From the NCBI GenBank assembly GCA_964548555.1, contig CAZJSY010000001.1, positions 18,905 to 82,904 of the forward strand: a stretch of DNA of 64,000 nucleotides, written 5' to 3'. Source of the stretch: an uncultured Burkholderiales bacterium. GTDB taxonomy: Bacteria; Actinomycetota; Acidimicrobiia; IMCC26256; JAMXLJ01. A program made the position numbers and the translations under genes. Position 1 is the stretch's first letter. Every line of letters begins with the position of its first letter. Below are positions 60,584 to 64,000 of the stretch, piece by piece. The notes beneath the pieces are model-generated. The model was not told the origin of the DNA and ran no database searches. It saw only the letters and a list, made by a program, of their open reading frames with translations.

Positions 60584-61978
60584 CTAGCCCGGCGTGTTCT
60601 GGACCGGGGTGATGGCTCGCCAGTCGCCTTTGGTCCCGATCGACGAGTCGAACGCCTCGAGGCGGAAGTTGTCCTCGGCGTCGTATTTCCCCTTGTGCAG
60701 CGACGAGTACGGCCCCGATCCCAGATTGTCGATGTGCCCGAAGTTGTCGACGGTGCTGACCCAGTTGGCATTGTTGAGGTTCGGCCCGACGCGCTTGGCG
60801 ATGTCGCGGAACATCGTGATGGTCTGGCATGCGTCGTTGATGTTGGCGTTGGTGTCGAGGGTCTTGCCGTTCGGGCCGGGGATGATCTCCTGCGTATTGG
60901 GCGCGTGCTTGCCCGTGTACTTCTCGTAGATGGCCGCGCAGTACTTCCAGTTCGGACTCGCGTCGTACTCCATCGGCGTGGGGCCGCCGGCGGAGATGAT
61001 GCCCTCGTAGGGATTCGGGTTCATGTGGGCCTTCACCGCATCCTGTCCCGCGGACTTCACGTCGGTGTTGTCGACGATCAGCATCACCTTGGGCATCGCG
61101 CCGCGCAGTTTGGTGACGAACTGTGACGACGACACCTCGTTGCCCGACAGGAACACCGCGTCGACGCCTTCGCCCTTCCAGCGCTCGATGAAACTGTCGA
61201 GCTGGGTGAGCGCCGCCGACGTGTCGGTCGAACCGCCCACCGACAGGATCCCGGTTGTCCCGAGCTGCACTCCGAGCTTCCTCAGTCCAGGCACAACCGT
61301 GTTGTTCACCACGCCGGCTTCCGGTGATCCGCCGAGCGCGGCGACCTTCTTCCCGACCAGGGTCCGCTGCCGCTGCAGCAGTTGGAGTATCACGCTCGTT
61401 GTTCGTTCGTTCGTCGCGCCCGGATAGATGATCAATCCCGGTGGGGCCTTGTCGATGATCGCCTGCGTCAGGTTGAAGGAGATGAGGACGCGTTGGTGCT
61501 GTTTCGCGATGCACACCTGGCCGTCACCCGAGCTGTCGAAGAAGTTGCCGGTGACCGCGAAGACCTTGTCGTCTTCGGTGAGCTTCGTGCAGACCGCGAG
61601 TGGGCCCGCGCTGCCGATCGGGCAGTAGGTGTCGTACACCGACACGACTTTTCGGCCGTTGATGCCGCCATTTGCGTTGATGTCGTCGACGAAGGCCTGG
61701 TACACCTTGTCCTGGTCGACGCGGATCGTGTCGACGAAGTCCTTCACGCAGTTGAAGTCGATGAGCGCAATGCCGAGCTTGATCTCGGTGGGCGTGACAC
61801 CGACGCCGAGGCCCGGGACCTGACTGCCGGCCGTACCCCCGGACGCGGCCGTCGTCGAGGTGGAACTGCTCTTCCCGGAGCTGCCGCCGCACGCAGCCAT
61901 GACGGTTGCGGCCAAGGTGGTCGCGAGCACCGCGAGAAGGATCCGGCCCGGGCTGCGTCGTGCACGTCGTACTGCCAC
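60584..61978 (-). CDS. ABC transporter substrate-binding lipoprotein (type 1 PBP, LivJ/amide-urea-like)
   Basis: GTG 61978 lies 4 nt after GGAGGG. Signal peptide plus lipobox MAACGG. Ser/Thr-rich linker followed by a PBP1-like fold. Confidence 0.85.
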   Translation of the reverse strand: MAVRRARRSPGRILLAVLATTLAATVMAACGGSSGKSSSTSTTAASGGTAGSQVPGLGVGVTPTEIKLGIALIDFNCVKDFVDTIRVDQDKVYQAFVDDINANGGINGRKVVSVYDTYCPIGSAGPLAVCTKLTEDDKVFAVTGNFFDSSGDGQVCIAKQHQRVLISFNLTQAIIDKAPPGLIIYPGATNERTTSVILQLLQRQRTLVGKKVAALGGSPEAGVVNNTVVPGLRKLGVQLGTTGILSVGGSTDTSAALTQLDSFIERWKGEGVDAVFLSGNEVSSSQFVTKLRGAMPKVMLIVDNTDVKSAGQDAVKAHMNPNPYEGIISAGGPTPMEYDASPNWKYCAAIYEKYTGKHAPNTQEIIPGPNGKTLDTNANINDACQTITMFRDIAKRVGPNLNNANWVSTVDNFGHIDNLGSGPYSSLHKGKYDAEDNFRLEAFDSSIGTKGDWRAITPVQNTPG

Positions 61979-62065
61979 GTCGCCCTCCAAGAGTGAGACG
62001 GCCGGCAGAACAGTAGATGCGCGGACAATGAGTTGTCCCGTCAATGGCAAAGTGCGCTACGTGAT

Positions 62066-63313
62066 TCAGCTGCGCCCGCGTAGGAAGTCCAGCGTGGACG
62101 CGAACTGCTCGAGACCCCAGTCGAGATCGCGGGCCGGGACCACGAGGGGCGGCGCGAGACGGATGGTCCGCCCGTGCGCCTCCTTCGCGAGAACCCCGTA
62201 CCGGAGCAAGGCCTCGCACACGGTGCGGCCGCTTCCGGTGACTTCGTCGACGTCGACGCCCATCCACAATCCACGCCCCCGAACGTCCGCAACACCCCGA
62301 CCGCGCAGTGCGTCGAGTCCCTCCCGGAAGCGCACACCGAGCCGGGATGCCCGCTCCTGGTACACGCCGGTTCGCAGCATCGCGATCACTTCACGGCCGA
62401 TGGCACACGCGAGCGGATTGCCCCCGAAGGTGCTGCCGTGCGAGCCCGGGCCGAGGAGGCCGAGCACTTCGCGGTCACCGGCCACGGCGGAGAGCGGCAC
62501 GAGCCCTCCGCCGAGGGCCTTGCCCAGGACGTAGAGGTCGGGAACCACCCCTTCCTGGTCGGATGCGAACGTGGCACCCGTGCGCCCCAGGCCCGACTGG
62601 ATCTCGTCGACGATCAGCAGCGCGCCTCGGGCTGTGCAGAGATCGCGCAGGCCACGGAGGAAGCCCGGCGGCGGCACGACCACCCCGGCTTCACCCTGAA
62701 TCGGCTCGACCAGCACGGCGACGGTCGTCTCGTCGAACGCGGTCGCGGCCGCGTCGAGGTCACCATACGGAACAACGCGAAACCCCGGCGTGAACGGTCC
62801 GAAGCCCGCCCGGGCGTCGGGATCACTCGAGAATCCGACGATGGTGGTCGTCCGCCCGTGAAAGTTCCCGGCGAACACGATGACCGACGCGCGGTCGTAC
62901 GGCACGCCCTTGACCTGGTACCCCCAGCGGCGAGCCGCCTTGATGCTCGTCTCGACGCTTTCGGCGCCCGTGTTCATCGGCAATACGAGGTCCTTGCCGC
63001 AGAGTGTCGCGAGCTCGTGGCAGAACGGCGCGAGCTGGTCGTTGCCGAACGCGCGGCTCGTCAGTGTGAGGCGGTCGAGCTGCCGGTGGGCCGCGTCCAC
63101 GAGCCGGGGGTGCCCGTGTCCGAAGTTCAACGCCGAGTAGCCGGCAAGGAGGTCGAGGTACCGATTGCCGTCGACGTCCTCGACCCACGCGCCACGACCC
63201 CGAACGATCGTGACGGGCAGCGGCGAGTAGTTGGGTGCGACGTGCCCATCACCCACATCGCCTCGGGGCTCGGGTCCGGCGTGCTCTAGGGATGGAGTTC
63301 CAACACGCAGCAC
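62066..63313 (-). CDS. rocD: Ornithine--oxo-acid aminotransferase (class III PLP aminotransferase)
   Basis: NYSPLPV..RGRGAWVEDVDGNRYLDLL, LIVDEIQSGLGRTG and VLGKALGGG (PLP Lys). Start 63313 overlaps the upstream gene by 28 nt. An alternative GTG is at 63256. Confidence 0.8.
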   Translation of the reverse strand: MLRVGTPSLEHAGPEPRGDVGDGHVAPNYSPLPVTIVRGRGAWVEDVDGNRYLDLLAGYSALNFGHGHPRLVDAAHRQLDRLTLTSRAFGNDQLAPFCHELATLCGKDLVLPMNTGAESVETSIKAARRWGYQVKGVPYDRASVIVFAGNFHGRTTTIVGFSSDPDARAGFGPFTPGFRVVPYGDLDAAATAFDETTVAVLVEPIQGEAGVVVPPPGFLRGLRDLCTARGALLIVDEIQSGLGRTGATFASDQEGVVPDLYVLGKALGGGLVPLSAVAGDREVLGLLGPGSHGSTFGGNPLACAIGREVIAMLRTGVYQERASRLGVRFREGLDALRGRGVADVRGRGLWMGVDVDEVTGSGRTVCEALLRYGVLAKEAHGRTIRLAPPLVVPARDLDWGLEQFASTLDFLRGRS

Positions 63314-64000
63314 TTGACGCTCCCTCCAGCCTTCTCCAGCTCGGAGACGTCGACCGAAACGGGTTCGTATCCCCGTTCACATAGCTCGGGGGCCATACCG
63401 GACGCGGACGCGGGCACGAGCACGTGATGACCGTCCGACAGCAGGTTCATGCCGAAGCGCCGGGCGTCGGGATGGCGCGCGACGAGGGCATCGGGGAACA
63501 GCCGCGCCAACCGCCCGGCACTCGACGGGTCGAACGCGTCGGGCGAGTACACGATGGTGTCGTCGTCGAGCGCGGCCAATGCGAGGTCGAGGTGGTACCG
63601 GGCCGGGTCGACGAGCCGCAACGAGATCACCGGCCGGCCGAGCCACTGCTGCACTTCGCGGTGCGCACGCCGGTCGGTGCGGAAGCCGAAGCCCCCGAGC
63701 ACGCGGCCGGCCACGACGACGAAGTCGCCCTCGCCTTCGTTGACGTGCCGCGGCACCAGCACGTCGCCGACGCCTTCCGACGCGAACCAGGAGCGGTACA
63801 GCGCCTCCTCGCCCTGCCGCTCGGTGGTCGCCATCCGCGCGGCGACGACGCGATCGCCCACGACGAGCGCGCTGTTCGCGGCGAACACCATGTCGGGCAG
63901 CCCGGCACCGGGCTCGACGACGCGCACTGCGTGCCCCAGGTCCTCGATGGTCCGGCGAAGCGCGTTCCACTGCCGGCACGCCAACCCGGCGTCGACCGGG
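63286..64000 (-). CDS. Amidinotransferase/DDAH-fold protein, 5' end at or beyond window edge
   Basis: C-terminal EKAGGSVKCCVLEL (catalytic Cys motif of the guanidino-modifying superfamily). Lies next to rocD. Confidence 0.75.
   Translation of the reverse strand, partial: PVDAGLACRQWNALRRTIEDLGHAVRVVEPGAGLPDMVFAANSALVVGDRVVAARMATTERQGEEALYRSWFASEGVGDVLVPRHVNEGEGDFVVVAGRVLGGFGFRTDRRAHREVQQWLGRPVISLRLVDPARYHLDLALAALDDDTIVYSPDAFDPSSAGRLARLFPDALVARHPDARRFGMNLLSDGHHVLVPASASGMAPELCERGYEPVSVDVSELEKAGGSVKCCVLELHP

Noticed and set aside
1-64000. Search by eye for CRISPR arrays, IS/transposase genes, integrases, tRNA/rRNA genes and phage or defence modules.
   Set aside because: I found no regularly spaced direct repeats, no transposase, integrase or recombinase motifs, no RNA-gene signatures and no nuclease/helicase defence-type genes. 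The only STAND ATPase is embedded in a transcription-factor architecture.

Overview
The window is a gene-dense stretch of a high-G+C chromosome with no rRNA, tRNA, CRISPR array, transposase or prophage genes that I could see. G+C was judged by eye, not computed. Gene content and style point to Actinomycetota: F420-type luciferase-like oxidoreductases, a SARP regulator, many TetR regulators, GTG starts, 4-nt start/stop overlaps and candidate leaderless genes. I call about 58 protein-coding genes.

- **About 1-33.3 kb:** a catabolic island rich in paralogues. It holds four amidohydrolase_2 genes, two class II aldolases, two LLM oxidoreductases, six SDRs, an acyl-CoA dehydrogenase, an acyl-CoA ligase, a family III CoA-transferase, a fused E1 alpha/beta 2-oxoacid dehydrogenase, mmsA and four TetR genes. 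A histidine-kinase-less regulator trio (GAF-LuxR, stand-alone receiver, NarL-type regulator) sits inside it, next to a roughly 770-bp non-coding island.
- **33.3-38.3 kb, minus strand:** a six-gene, translationally coupled operon of unknown product (GT2, DUF2064, SAM methyltransferase, MsrQ/MsrP-like haem-b/molybdopterin fusion, 4-TM protein, GT-C glycosyltransferase). This is my best candidate for an undescribed envelope-modification system.
- **45.2-49.3 kb:** a giant regulator of about 1364 aa that combines SARP DNA-binding domains, a class III nucleotide cyclase and a STAND ATPase/TPR region. It is divergent from an operon of a two-component system, an epimerase and an M14-like lipoprotein.
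- **55.4-62.0 kb:** a LIV-type ABC importer with two unusual fusions (LivH-LivM-LivG in one chain, and an MFS domain fused to LivF), followed by rocD and an amidinotransferase-like gene.
- **Non-coding signals seen directly:** a TGTAC-N6-GTACA operator-like motif in three divergent promoters; an exact AT-rich 17-mer shared by two promoter regions 11 kb apart; and several hairpins and inverted repeats.

All functional calls rest on motif recognition by eye. No database search was run.
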